Positions 51,155-60,849 of a stretch of DNA of 64,000 bases are shown here, one piece after another. Numbering within the stretch: position 1 is the stretch's first letter; each line of letters starts with the position of its first letter. Under the pieces are notes generated by a model. The model worked only from the letters and a program-made list of their open reading frames with translations, was not told the origin of the DNA and made no database searches. Source of the stretch: Oligoflexales bacterium (GTDB lineage: Bacteria > Bdellovibrionota_B > Oligoflexia > Oligoflexales > Bog-1112); contig JBGCEP010000018.1 in the NCBI GenBank assembly GCA_045106415.1, positions 55,848 to 119,847 of the forward strand, read 5' to 3'. Both the position numbers and the translations under genes were made by a program.

Positions 51155-52651
51155 TTAAGCCGCACTGCCGCCGCCTCGACGCTTATGCATTGAGGCGGCG
51201 CAGCTTTTTAGAAACTTTTGTGTCTCTTGTGTCTTCACACCATGCACCCTAGAGAGATGGTACATATGCCAAGCTTTCGCATACTGCCGAGTTCTTCTAT
51301 AAACTTCAGCCAACATATAAAAAGCCTCTCCACACTTCGGATCCATAAAAATAACTCGGTGCAAAGCCTTCAGGCTGGGCTGCACTTGTTTTAATTGCAG
51401 TAAGTTTTTTGCTAAATTCAAAAAAGCATCCCGAGAAGGTTCAACTTTAGTTAATTCCATCCACGATTCTGCAGCTGCTGTAAAATCTTTAGCTTCTTGC
51501 TCTAAAGTAGCTTTCATACGCAAACCTCCAGGATCTTGCGGCGACCGTATTAACAGCTGTGTTAATACTTTTAAAGCATCAGTTGGACGTTCTGTAGCAC
51601 GATAAAAACGTGCGAGGCATTCATACGCATCTAAACGCTCAGGGTGATCGCCCTTCTCATTCATAAGAACAATTTCTGCTTTCCTTGGTTCTTGCGCTGC
51701 TAAACAATGCTTTACAACAGCCTCTAATGCTCGCGTCTCATTTGGTGCCTGACGCCTAAGCCTCTTAAAGTAATAAATAGCTTTTTCGAGATCACCTTTT
51801 TTAGCGTAGGCGTGCCCAGCTCCATATAAAGCTTTTTTAAACTTAGGATCTTCTTTCAAGGAGGCTCTATAGTGTTCAATAGCACCAAGAACATCTTTAT
51901 TTTGTAGCAAAATTTTAGCTAAATAAGCTTGACGAATTGGCTGTTTTGGATTCAAATTAAGTTCTTTTTTAAGATTTTCAATGGCCTTAGATGTCATTTG
52001 CTGATGAGAATAAATATCAGCAAGAGCCGCATAATTTTTATAATAACTCGAGGACATCTGAATATTATCCTCAAGAAGCTCTATCGAACGCGCAAAATCT
52101 CCACGATGTCGAACAACAATCGCTAATGCATGCCGAGCTCGCTGACTCGTTGGATCCAACTGCATTGCCTGCAGGTATAGAGTTTCAGCTGTCTCATAAT
52201 CTTGACTTTGAAAACATGTATCTGCTGAGTGCAGCAACTTCACAAGTTGACTAGGATCCTGAAAAGATTGAATCATTTGCTCAATACGTTCTTCAACAAC
52301 CTCAGCCTGAAAAGGCTTAATCAAATAATCATGAGCTCCCAAGTCGACAGCTTTTATGATGTCATCTTTTTCTGCCTCACCGGTGACAACTAAAATTGGA
52401 ATATCGTGACCAATATCTCGATTACGAATCGTACGAATGACATGAAAACCGTCAACCTTACGCATATAAAGATCACACACTACAAGATGGATCCTGTTTT
52501 TCTCGAGGACTTCAAGTGCGTCAGATCCATCAAAGGCAACATGGACCTGTGCAAAACCTAATCGAGTCATAATTTTTTTCAGAGCTTGCCGCATAGGATC
52601 GTGGTCATCCACAATCAACACATTCAAACCCTGATACAAATCTGATGACAA
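51155..52651 (-). CDS. response regulator with C-terminal TPR array
   Basis: LIVDDH, VCDLYM, VVTGE, LIKPF, followed by multiple TPRs. Confidence 0.88.
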   Translation of the reverse strand: MSSDLYQGLNVLIVDDHDPMRQALKKIMTRLGFAQVHVAFDGSDALEVLEKNRIHLVVCDLYMRKVDGFHVIRTIRNRDIGHDIPILVVTGEAEKDDIIKAVDLGAHDYLIKPFQAEVVEERIEQMIQSFQDPSQLVKLLHSADTCFQSQDYETAETLYLQAMQLDPTSQRARHALAIVVRHRGDFARSIELLEDNIQMSSSYYKNYAALADIYSHQQMTSKAIENLKKELNLNPKQPIRQAYLAKILLQNKDVLGAIEHYRASLKEDPKFKKALYGAGHAYAKKGDLEKAIYYFKRLRRQAPNETRALEAVVKHCLAAQEPRKAEIVLMNEKGDHPERLDAYECLARFYRATERPTDALKVLTQLLIRSPQDPGGLRMKATLEQEAKDFTAAAESWMELTKVEPSRDAFLNLAKNLLQLKQVQPSLKALHRVIFMDPKCGEAFYMLAEVYRRTRQYAKAWHMYHLSRVHGVKTQETQKFLKSCAASMHKRRGGGSAA

Positions 52652-52670
52652 AACATCCCTCCTTTAACCT

Positions 52671-52698
52671 TAATCGGCTCATAAGAGGGCTGTCTTAA
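52671..52698 (-). promoter_or_regulatory. sigma28-like promoter
   Basis: Minus strand (T)TAAG-N15-GCCGATTA immediately upstream of the RBS of the receiver-TPR gene. Confidence 0.5.
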
Positions 52699-52772
52699 TA
52701 AAAACAAAGATCATGTTTATGAAAACATTCAACTTTATTTAAATCATATAAATGACTTAAGGGTCATAGTAT

Positions 52773-53921
52773 CTATGCATTCACAGCATAAAGAGGCCGC
52801 TCCAACCGTTTAAAGATTGTTTCTGTTCCTTTAAAAACGTCTTCAACATGAACTTGGTCATAACACTTCACCTTTTGATCACAGGATTTTTTCCAACATG
52901 GCGAACAAGACACACGAGCTTGCATTTTGACTCCGTAATCGAAAAGATCAATTTCAGCAGAACACGTCACACCAAACCACGATAAAACAGGCTTCCCAAG
53001 TGCAATTGCAATATGAAGACCTAGGCTATCACCGCTTAAAACAAAGTCACTGCAAGCCATCCACAAAATACCAGATCGTAATCCTTCAGTCGTAGGAGTA
53101 TTGACTACCAAAGAATCCTCTTCGAAACACGCCTTCATAGCTTTTTGCCGCTCTGTATCCTCACGCCCTCCAAGCAGAGCGACCACAGCATCAGGGTAGG
53201 ATTTCCTCCACATACGAATCACTTCACACGCTCTTTCAATTGTGAATTTTTTATAAGGAAAAAGCGTAGAGCATCCTGTGTTAAACCCAATCACACGTGT
53301 TGCTTTTGTTCCCTCAAGAAGCTGTTTTTTTCTTTTCACAACTTCTTCACGCTCATGTTTTTCTAAACGAAGTACATAACCGTCATGTTTCCATGGCAAG
53401 CCCATCGCTTCTGTCAGCAGTTGAGTCTCTGGTTTTTGATTGGTATGAAATTTTAAATGATCGTCAAGCCCTAAACGATATAGTTCATCAGCATCTGGCG
53501 TCATTGTCCGAATAGCACCTTCCGGCGTAAGGCCAAATCCTTTTTTCTCTTTTGCAGAAATCCTTTCTGCAAGCGCTCCAGCTGCAATAGATTTATCCAC
53601 AGCGTAGAGAACATCAAATTGCAAATGATCCCAAACTGCGGACATATCCGCTTGAACTGTCAAAAGCCGATGGATCATCGGATTTCCAGCTAAAAGAGAC
53701 TTCACATTCGGCATGGTAATCCATGTAATGTGTGCACCCGGATACTCACGCAAGATAGGCCCTAAAAGACACGTCGATCGCAGGACAGCCCCCATAGCTT
53801 CTAAGCTGACAACAGCGATTCTTCGAGTTGGCTTTCGATATGTTTGACACCCCTGACACTGCCCACCAAAACGACAAGGTTTATAACCTGAAAACCAAAA
53901 ACAATCTCTTTGGTAGCCCAC
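52773..53921 (-). CDS. glycosyltransferase family 9 (LPS heptosyltransferase-like)
   Basis: MGAVLRST, VIGFNTG, SGDSLGLHIAIALGKP..WFG.T, CSPC; Cys-rich N-terminus. Confidence 0.88.
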   Translation of the reverse strand: MGYQRDCFWFSGYKPCRFGGQCQGCQTYRKPTRRIAVVSLEAMGAVLRSTCLLGPILREYPGAHITWITMPNVKSLLAGNPMIHRLLTVQADMSAVWDHLQFDVLYAVDKSIAAGALAERISAKEKKGFGLTPEGAIRTMTPDADELYRLGLDDHLKFHTNQKPETQLLTEAMGLPWKHDGYVLRLEKHEREEVVKRKKQLLEGTKATRVIGFNTGCSTLFPYKKFTIERACEVIRMWRKSYPDAVVALLGGREDTERQKAMKACFEEDSLVVNTPTTEGLRSGILWMACSDFVLSGDSLGLHIAIALGKPVLSWFGVTCSAEIDLFDYGVKMQARVSCSPCWKKSCDQKVKCYDQVHVEDVFKGTETIFKRLERPLYAVNA

Positions 53922-53949
53922 ACCAACTCCTCTGCGTTATAATAAAAGA

Positions 53950-54810
53950 ATGAAAAAAAAATATCTCACGTTGCGCATCATAAGACCCTCAGGTAGGGAA
54001 GGACAAGAGATTCTCTTGACCGAACTCATCGAATCCTTACGGAACAAGGGTCACGACATCCGTGTTGATGATCACCCGTTCGACGAAACAACACCTTGGG
54101 TTTCAGGAAACATTACAAATCGCCGTCAAGAACTCATTGCTGCAGTAGAAGAAAGCGATACAGACGCTATTCTTTGTGCAAAAGGTGGCTATGGATGTTC
54201 TGACCTGCTGCCCACACTCCCTTGGGACGATTGGGTTCATCTCCCACCAAAAATCATCATTGGATTTTCAGATATTACAGCCCTTCTTGCGGCATTTCAT
54301 ACAAAACTTGGTTGGGAAAGTCTACACGGACCTATGCCAGCCACAAAATTATGGACGCAAGGCGCATGGGAATGCCTACAAAATATTCTCACGCAAGACG
54401 ACTCAGAACACACATTACCACTGGCTTCCTATAACCAAACACCACTTCAATCACTTAACGGCAAACTCATTGGTGGTTGTTTATCTGTTCTATCCTGCTT
54501 AATAGGAACACCATGGATATCTTCTCTCAATCGTAGTTTTCTTTTTTTAGAAGATATCAATGAGAATCCAGGACAGATCATGAGAAATTGGAATCAAATC
54601 ACACAAAGTGAAATCTTCACAGGGGTGCAAGGAATCATTTTAGGTGATTTCATAGGAACAGAGATAGACTTCAAGCCTTATTTCACACAGAATTTAGACA
54701 TTCCAGTATGGACGACGGAATTCATTGGTCACCATAAAAAGAATCTCCATATTGGATTTGGGACCAAAGCTACAATTGCACACAACACACTACGTTGGAG
54801 GATCACATGA
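53950..54810 (+). CDS. ldcA: LD-carboxypeptidase (peptidase S66)
   Basis: KGGYG, GFSDITA (Ser), LIGGCL, FLEDINE (Glu), IGH (His). Confidence 0.88.
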   Translation: MKKKYLTLRIIRPSGREGQEILLTELIESLRNKGHDIRVDDHPFDETTPWVSGNITNRRQELIAAVEESDTDAILCAKGGYGCSDLLPTLPWDDWVHLPPKIIIGFSDITALLAAFHTKLGWESLHGPMPATKLWTQGAWECLQNILTQDDSEHTLPLASYNQTPLQSLNGKLIGGCLSVLSCLIGTPWISSLNRSFLFLEDINENPGQIMRNWNQITQSEIFTGVQGIILGDFIGTEIDFKPYFTQNLDIPVWTTEFIGHHKKNLHIGFGTKATIAHNTLRWRIT

Positions 54811-56207
54811 TTTATTTTTTAGGTGTTGCAGGAACTGGAATGAGTGCTGCTGCTGGACTTTTAAAGTCAATTGGAGAAAATGTTGTTGGAAGTGATCAAA
54901 ATATTTTCTCTCCAGCAAAAGAGGTTTTAGAAAAAGCAAACGTCATCGTTCGGACTCCGTATGATCCTAAAAATATTCCTTCCAATGTTTCATGCGCCGT
55001 TATTGGGAACACCATCTCAAAAGGGCACCCTGAGCTCGAAGCTATACTTGCCAAAAATATTCCAATCACAAGTTTTCCAGCTATCATTTCAGAAAAAATT
55101 CTTAAAAATAAAATTCCTATCGTCGTAGCTGGAACACATGGCAAAACAACAACAACCTCAATGATTGCTTGGATCTTGCACTCTTTAGGGCACGAGCCTG
55201 GATATCTTATTGGCGGTCAACCCCTCAATTTTGAAAATAGCTACAGCGTTGGTAAAGGATCTTTATTTGTTATTGAAGGCGATGAATACGACACTGCCTA
55301 CTTCGACAAGGAATCAAAATTTCTCCACTATCGACCAAGTCACGTGGTTTTAAACCGCGTAGAATATGATCACGCAGATATTTTTGAAGATATCGATGCC
55401 GTTCACGTCATGTTTAAAAAACTTCTCCATAAAATTCCAAACAATCGCTTAATTGTGAATACAGACCATCCTGAAATGGCTGAATTCATCAACAACCGTG
55501 ACGGCTATATTCAAACTTCGATTATAGGACAAGGCGACATATCAATGACAGAGGTTCAGGTCAAAAATGGCATTTGGACAAGTCTAGTCAATACAAAAAT
55601 GTGGGGATCATTCAAAATTCAAACAAAATGTGGGGGTCAACACAACCAAATGAACTTCCTACAGGCACTTGGAGCCATCCAAAGCCTTGTGGATGCCGGC
55701 CATATTCCCAACCCAACAGCAAAAGATCTAGCAAGTGCTATTCAAAGCTTTCAGGGCGTTCAAAGACGACTTTTTCCTCTTGCTAACCAAAATAACATTC
55801 AAGTCCTTGAAGACTTCGCACATCACCCAACAGCCACTCGATACCTTCTGGAAACATTACGAACAAATAACCCTGATCGCCGGCTTATCGTTGCCTTTGA
55901 ACCTAAAAATGCCACGTCGCGACGCAATACCTTTGCTGATCAATATGCGGATGCCTTCCAAAATGCAGATCAAGTTCTCATAGGGGAATGCCCGGAAGAT
56001 AAACGTATCCCCGAAAAACAAAGAATGAATACAAAAACCTTAGCAGAAAACATTGGGAAACACGCACACGCATACCAAGACAACAATCAACTCTATCAAT
56101 GGCTAGTTGAACACTCTACCCCTGGAGACACTGTCGTTTTTCTATCATGCGGAAGCTTTTCAGGGATTCAACATCAGTTCGCACGACACATCGATTCGCA
56201 CCCATAG
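54807..56207 (+). CDS. mpl: UDP-MurNAc:tripeptide ligase (Mpl/MurC family)
   Basis: GVAGTGM, AGTHGKTTT, EGDEYDTAYFDKESKF, DHADIF, DFAHHPT, LSCGSF. Confidence 0.88.
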   Translation: MIYFLGVAGTGMSAAAGLLKSIGENVVGSDQNIFSPAKEVLEKANVIVRTPYDPKNIPSNVSCAVIGNTISKGHPELEAILAKNIPITSFPAIISEKILKNKIPIVVAGTHGKTTTTSMIAWILHSLGHEPGYLIGGQPLNFENSYSVGKGSLFVIEGDEYDTAYFDKESKFLHYRPSHVVLNRVEYDHADIFEDIDAVHVMFKKLLHKIPNNRLIVNTDHPEMAEFINNRDGYIQTSIIGQGDISMTEVQVKNGIWTSLVNTKMWGSFKIQTKCGGQHNQMNFLQALGAIQSLVDAGHIPNPTAKDLASAIQSFQGVQRRLFPLANQNNIQVLEDFAHHPTATRYLLETLRTNNPDRRLIVAFEPKNATSRRNTFADQYADAFQNADQVLIGECPEDKRIPEKQRMNTKTLAENIGKHAHAYQDNNQLYQWLVEHSTPGDTVVFLSCGSFSGIQHQFARHIDSHP

Positions 56208-56307
56208 CCAAAGGGTGCGTGACAAACTCAGTAAACTCTTTGTCTTGCTTTCCATCATATGAGACAATAATATCTAAGCCATGGACAGTTGTTTAAAGGG
56301 ACTCATC

Positions 56308-56847
56308 ATGCAACTTCGAGTAGTAAAAATCGCGACCACAGTAGTAGCTTTAACACTTGGTGTTTGGGGCTGTACAGACGAACAAGAAGAGATGGATTCT
56401 AGCCTCGAAGGCTCTGAAACCACAGATCCTGCTGCCGTTGATGACCTCGGCACACCAGGAGGGGCGGCTCTTGATCTTTCTCAAGCAGCAGATCAAGGTC
56501 AAATCAATCAATACCAACCTAGTCCAATTTATTTTGCTTTCGACAGGTCTTTAATCACCGACAGTGCACAAGAAGAACTAGGGCGACTTGTTTCTTTCTT
56601 GCAAGAAAACCCGAGTGCAGCTGTTCAAATTGATGGCCATTGCGATTCACGAGGATCACGTAACTACAACGTGGCTCTTGGCTTAAGCCGAGCGAACTCT
56701 GTCAAAAGGTTCATCACGCAACGTGGTATCAATGACGCTCGCATCACAATTAACAGCTACGGTGAAGAGCGCCCTGCTGTTGTAGGTGATGGAGAGGCAA
56801 TTTGGTCACAAAACCGGCGCGCCGTATTTGTGATTTCAAACTACTAA
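56308..56847 (+). CDS. pal: peptidoglycan-associated lipoprotein (OmpA C-terminal domain)
   Basis: Lipobox VWGC; IYFAFDRS, GHCDSRGSRNYN.ALG..RA, SYGEERP, NRRA. Confidence 0.85.
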   Translation: MQLRVVKIATTVVALTLGVWGCTDEQEEMDSSLEGSETTDPAAVDDLGTPGGAALDLSQAADQGQINQYQPSPIYFAFDRSLITDSAQEELGRLVSFLQENPSAAVQIDGHCDSRGSRNYNVALGLSRANSVKRFITQRGINDARITINSYGEERPAVVGDGEAIWSQNRRAVFVISNY

Positions 56848-56863
56848 ATTTAAGTAGGCGATC

Positions 56864-56906
56864 AAAAGGCCCCAAGCTTGTTATCTTCAAGCTTGGGGCC
56901 TTTTTT
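56864..56906. terminator. rho-independent terminator after pal
   Basis: 17-bp stem AAAAGGCCCCAAGCTTG/CAAGCTTGGGGCCTTTT plus T-tract. Confidence 0.85.
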
Positions 56907-57021
56907 AGGTTTCAGTTCGAGGATTCGCATATATGTTGGAAAAACATTGAAATTGCGGTAGCCTGTAGCATTGCGCTTATTATATGCGCCAAAGCCTCTA
57001 TCAAGATGAGCGGAGAAAAAC

Positions 57022-58590
57022 GTGAATACTCTCATCACTGTGCTGGTCGTTGGCATCGGGATTCTTATTGGGTTCCTTATCCTCGGCATTCTATTCCATA
57101 AAAAAAGCCTTGCTGCTGCGTTTGAAATTTCTCAAGCTGAAGCACGCAAAGTCCTTGAAGACGCCCGTAAAGAAGCGGATAGCGTCGTCCGTTCGGCCAT
57201 GAAAGACGCAAAGGAAGAAGCGAAAAAAAGACGCCGAGCCTTTGAAGAAGAAGCTAAAAAGCGTAGAACTGAAGTCGCAAAGCTTGAGAAAAAACTCAAA
57301 AGTCGAGAACAAAGTCTTGAGAATAAAATCTCAAGTCTCGCCGAACGAGAGCAAAAAGCTGATGATTTTTATCAACGCCTGCAAAAACAAGAACAAAAGC
57401 ATCTCAGCTTAAGAGCTGAATACGAGCTTGCTATTGAAAACACACAAAAAGAACTTAAAAAGGTCGCAAAGTTGAGCACCGAAGAAGCTCGCGCACAGCT
57501 TTTACGATCCCTGGAAGACGAAGTTCGTAAAGAGTCCCGCGATGAGCTTGCCAGAATTGAAGAAGAAACAAGAAAAGAAGCTCAAGTCAAAGCAACAGAA
57601 ATTCTATGCCTTTCCGTACAAAAACTCGCCAGTGAACATGTGAATGATTCTTTAATTAGTGTCGTTTCTCTTCCGAGTGAAGACATGAAGGGTCGCATTA
57701 TTGGCCGTGAAGGCCGTAATATCCGAGCGATTGAACAAGCCACTGGGGTTGATCTTATTGTCGACGATACTCCTGAGGCTGTGATTATATCTTCTTTCAA
57801 CCCTATCCGTCGTGAAATTGCTAAAATTACTCTAGAAAACTTAATTTCTGACGGCCGTATCCACCCAGCAAGAATTACTGAAACAGTAAAAAGGGTTGAA
57901 ACAGAGTTTCAAACAACGATTAGAGAAGCTGGTGAGCAAGCTGCATTTGATGTTGGTATTACAGATTTACACCCAACTCTCATTGAAGGTCTAGGAAAAT
58001 TAAAGTTCCGCTCTTCGGGCAACCAATCTCTTTTAGCTCACTCTGTAGAAACAGCAAGAATCTGCGGCATCATGGCTGATGAGATGAAACTCAATTCTCG
58101 ACGAGCAAAAAGAGCTGGTTTACTCCACGATATTGGCAAATCAGTCGATCACGACACTGAAGGGCATCATGCTGAGGTCGGTGCAAACCTATGCAAAAAG
58201 GTCAATGAGCACGAAGAAGTTGTCACCGCAGTTCGTTTGCATCAAAATGATGACCTCACAAATGCCTCACCCCTTACTGTCATCATCAATGCAGCTAATC
58301 ACCTTTCTCGCTCAAGACCTGGGGCTCGAAAAGAAGCTATGGAAACTTATATCCGTCGGCTCGAAGATATGGAAACTGTGGTTAATGACTTTGAAAAAGT
58401 CGACAGCGCCTTCGTCATGCAGGCTGGTCGTGAAGTCAGAGCTCTTGTCACTTCAGAGCATCTCGAAGACACAGAAGTTCGCACCCTCTCGCATGAGGTA
58501 GCAGCTAAAATTCGTCAAGAACTAACCTTTCCCGGACAAGTGCGAGTGTGTATTGTCCGAGAGAGCACATATGTTGATTTTGCAAGATAA
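57022..58590 (+). CDS. rny: RNase Y paralog B (intact KH, substituted HD ligands)
   Basis: TM plus coiled coil; LPSEDMKGRIIGREGRNIRAIE, DDTPE, DGRIHPARI, GLLHDIGKS, QAGREVR; but LHQND and AANHLS replace HH and AAD. Confidence 0.9.
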   Translation: MNTLITVLVVGIGILIGFLILGILFHKKSLAAAFEISQAEARKVLEDARKEADSVVRSAMKDAKEEAKKRRRAFEEEAKKRRTEVAKLEKKLKSREQSLENKISSLAEREQKADDFYQRLQKQEQKHLSLRAEYELAIENTQKELKKVAKLSTEEARAQLLRSLEDEVRKESRDELARIEEETRKEAQVKATEILCLSVQKLASEHVNDSLISVVSLPSEDMKGRIIGREGRNIRAIEQATGVDLIVDDTPEAVIISSFNPIRREIAKITLENLISDGRIHPARITETVKRVETEFQTTIREAGEQAAFDVGITDLHPTLIEGLGKLKFRSSGNQSLLAHSVETARICGIMADEMKLNSRRAKRAGLLHDIGKSVDHDTEGHHAEVGANLCKKVNEHEEVVTAVRLHQNDDLTNASPLTVIINAANHLSRSRPGARKEAMETYIRRLEDMETVVNDFEKVDSAFVMQAGREVRALVTSEHLEDTEVRTLSHEVAAKIRQELTFPGQVRVCIVRESTYVDFAR

Positions 58591-58615
58591 TGGATCTGTT
58601 TCGAGGAGAGTTTAG

Positions 58616-60193
58616 ATGAAAAGACTGCTTAGAATCATAACCCCGTTCTTTTTTTCTTCACCGTGCTGGGGGCTCTTCATTGATGGGCAGGGCTCCTATG
58701 CGCTACGAGGGGAGATGAGTACAGCCCCAGGAATGCATGAAACCTCTGGGCTCCATCAAGCGACTCGTCACAATTTTCGTTTTTTTGGAGAGCTGCGCCT
58801 CAATGACCGGTCAAGTTTTTTTTCAGAATTACGCTTAACTCCAGCCTCACAAAAATCTTTTTTAGGTGACAGCAGTGCCGCAGAATCTTGCACAGAAGAC
58901 AGCTGTAAAAGCCAAGATACTCTCAACCCTGCTTATACACCCTATGCCCCTCAAGCGACGCAAGCCTATATTCGCTACGCTTCAGAGTACTGTATTTTAG
59001 AAGCAGGCCGCAGAAGTCGCCATTGGGGTTTAGGAGCCTATTTAAATAAGGGAATTGACCCTTTCGATGTCTCCCAAAGCCTTTTTGATGGCATGACCTG
59101 CCATGTCAACATCCAAAAATCACAAACTCTGGGCTTTTCTCTTGGTGTCGACAAACTCTCTGAAACCGATCATCACCTAGATACAACTTTAGGTCCAAAG
59201 CCAGGAACTACAAATCCCAAAGATGACATCAACCAATTTTTCTTACAAATCGAGTATGACGACAGGGTCCCCAAGGCTGGATCAGGGACTACAAAAAATG
59301 TTGGTATCTACCTTGCAAACATCAAAGCACCAAGAACAGAGCTTTATATGCTGGATGTTTACTTAGGGCTTTACACTTCTGCTCTCAGTTTTCAATCCGA
59401 AGCTCTCTTACGTTCAGGAAAATCTTCAGACCCGACAAGCTTTTACACCACTGGCGGTATTCAAATCGACGCTGAACACACACGCAATACAATGGACGCG
59501 ATTGCAATGACAAGTCAGCTCTCTTACGTCCTTTCCTCAAGCGGTATTCAAACACCAGCAGGAGCCTGGCGCACAGGTTCTACTCAACAACATAAAATCT
59601 TTCTTGAGGCGACATATGTCCCAGGAGATGGCCAAGGATACTTCCAATCACTTTCTTCAAAACAAACAGCGGATCTTTCCGATGCTGACAAAGGCCTTCT
59701 GGAAGAAAACATCGGCCCAACGAACAGAAAAAATCATGCTAAGGGTGTCGCATTTCATGAAAACTTCCGTCCTACTTTTATTCTCTTTAATTCCCGCGAC
59801 CCATATGACGACCGACATGTCAGTGGCATTTACCACCCAGACAAAGTGATGAACACCACAATGCTCTCTGCTGGGTATGACTTCAGCCACTTAGATTACG
59901 GCGAATTTGTGGGAAAAGTAACTTGGGCTCAACTCAATGAAAATGTTCCTGAAAAAGTAAAAACATACTGGACTGCAGACAGCACCTCAAATGAGCTTGA
60001 GCGTCCGATTGGCCTTTACGGCCCTGATCTTGGTACAGAGGTCAGCCTTCAGTGGACATACAGCATGACACCTGAAGCCACACTCAGTGCGGCCGCGGCT
60101 CATTTATTCACAGGCAAAGCTTGGAAAACTCTTCCAACCCAAGACCCTATCAACAACAGCCTCGCACAAGCTTCGATAGCGTTTCGCTTCTAG
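58616..60193 (+). CDS. outer-membrane beta-barrel protein (alginate-export-like)
   Basis: Signal peptide, EAGR..RHWGLG, DLGTEV, C-terminal SIAFRF. Confidence 0.7.
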   Translation: MKRLLRIITPFFFSSPCWGLFIDGQGSYALRGEMSTAPGMHETSGLHQATRHNFRFFGELRLNDRSSFFSELRLTPASQKSFLGDSSAAESCTEDSCKSQDTLNPAYTPYAPQATQAYIRYASEYCILEAGRRSRHWGLGAYLNKGIDPFDVSQSLFDGMTCHVNIQKSQTLGFSLGVDKLSETDHHLDTTLGPKPGTTNPKDDINQFFLQIEYDDRVPKAGSGTTKNVGIYLANIKAPRTELYMLDVYLGLYTSALSFQSEALLRSGKSSDPTSFYTTGGIQIDAEHTRNTMDAIAMTSQLSYVLSSSGIQTPAGAWRTGSTQQHKIFLEATYVPGDGQGYFQSLSSKQTADLSDADKGLLEENIGPTNRKNHAKGVAFHENFRPTFILFNSRDPYDDRHVSGIYHPDKVMNTTMLSAGYDFSHLDYGEFVGKVTWAQLNENVPEKVKTYWTADSTSNELERPIGLYGPDLGTEVSLQWTYSMTPEATLSAAAAHLFTGKAWKTLPTQDPINNSLAQASIAFRF

Positions 60194-60235
60194 ATCAGCT
60201 TCAATACGATATAATGAGAGATAAAGGAGGGCTGT

Positions 60236-60841
60236 ATGTTTCAAGCCATAATTTATCTCTCATTTTCTTTATTTCTTTCTGAAGTTGGAACAAGCGCTAG
60301 CTTGTGGCAAAACATCCAAGCACTTTGGATACAGATTGATCACTCCCAAATTTGCTTAGAGGAACAAGACTCGGAGTCTTGTTTAAAGGCCGCAAAGCAA
60401 TCTAATCTGAACAATGAACTGCATAAAGCTGAGTATTATAGTGCTTTAGGATGTCAATTTGGAGCTGAAGAAGGATGCCGAAAGCAGCACATGTTCCACG
60501 ACCTACGCCGCGATCGGAACAAAGATTATAAAAGAGCACTTAAGCAATACCAACGCCGGTGCCAAAACGGGCTGGGTTGGACCTGCTCACGCATCGGTAC
60601 CGCAGCAGAAAAAGCCGGTAAATCTAAAGAAGCTTTCTCTGCTCACACTCAAGGTTGCACCGCAGAATTTCCCTTAAGTTGTCAATGGTTATCTTTTTGG
60701 TATAAAAAAAAACAAGAACATGAACTTGCACAAGAATTCAAAGATAAAGCAAATGTTTTTCTCCATAAGCTTCAATACGGAATTGCTCCAACAGACGTTA
60801 AGTACACTGACCCAAAACCAGATACCAATGAAAACAAGTAG
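60236..60841 (+). CDS. Sel1/Hcp-like cysteine-rich repeat exported protein
   Basis: Repeated C-x7-C pairs (LGCQFGAEEGC, RCQNGLGWTC, GCTAEFPLSC). Confidence 0.7.
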   Translation: MFQAIIYLSFSLFLSEVGTSASLWQNIQALWIQIDHSQICLEEQDSESCLKAAKQSNLNNELHKAEYYSALGCQFGAEEGCRKQHMFHDLRRDRNKDYKRALKQYQRRCQNGLGWTCSRIGTAAEKAGKSKEAFSAHTQGCTAEFPLSCQWLSFWYKKKQEHELAQEFKDKANVFLHKLQYGIAPTDVKYTDPKPDTNENK

Positions 60842-60849
60842 GAACACTC

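Noticed and set aside
56862..57089. Short ORFs or possible 6S RNA upstream of rny
   Set aside because: The region is explained by the pal terminator and a promoter-sized spacer; no long 6S-like hairpin is evident
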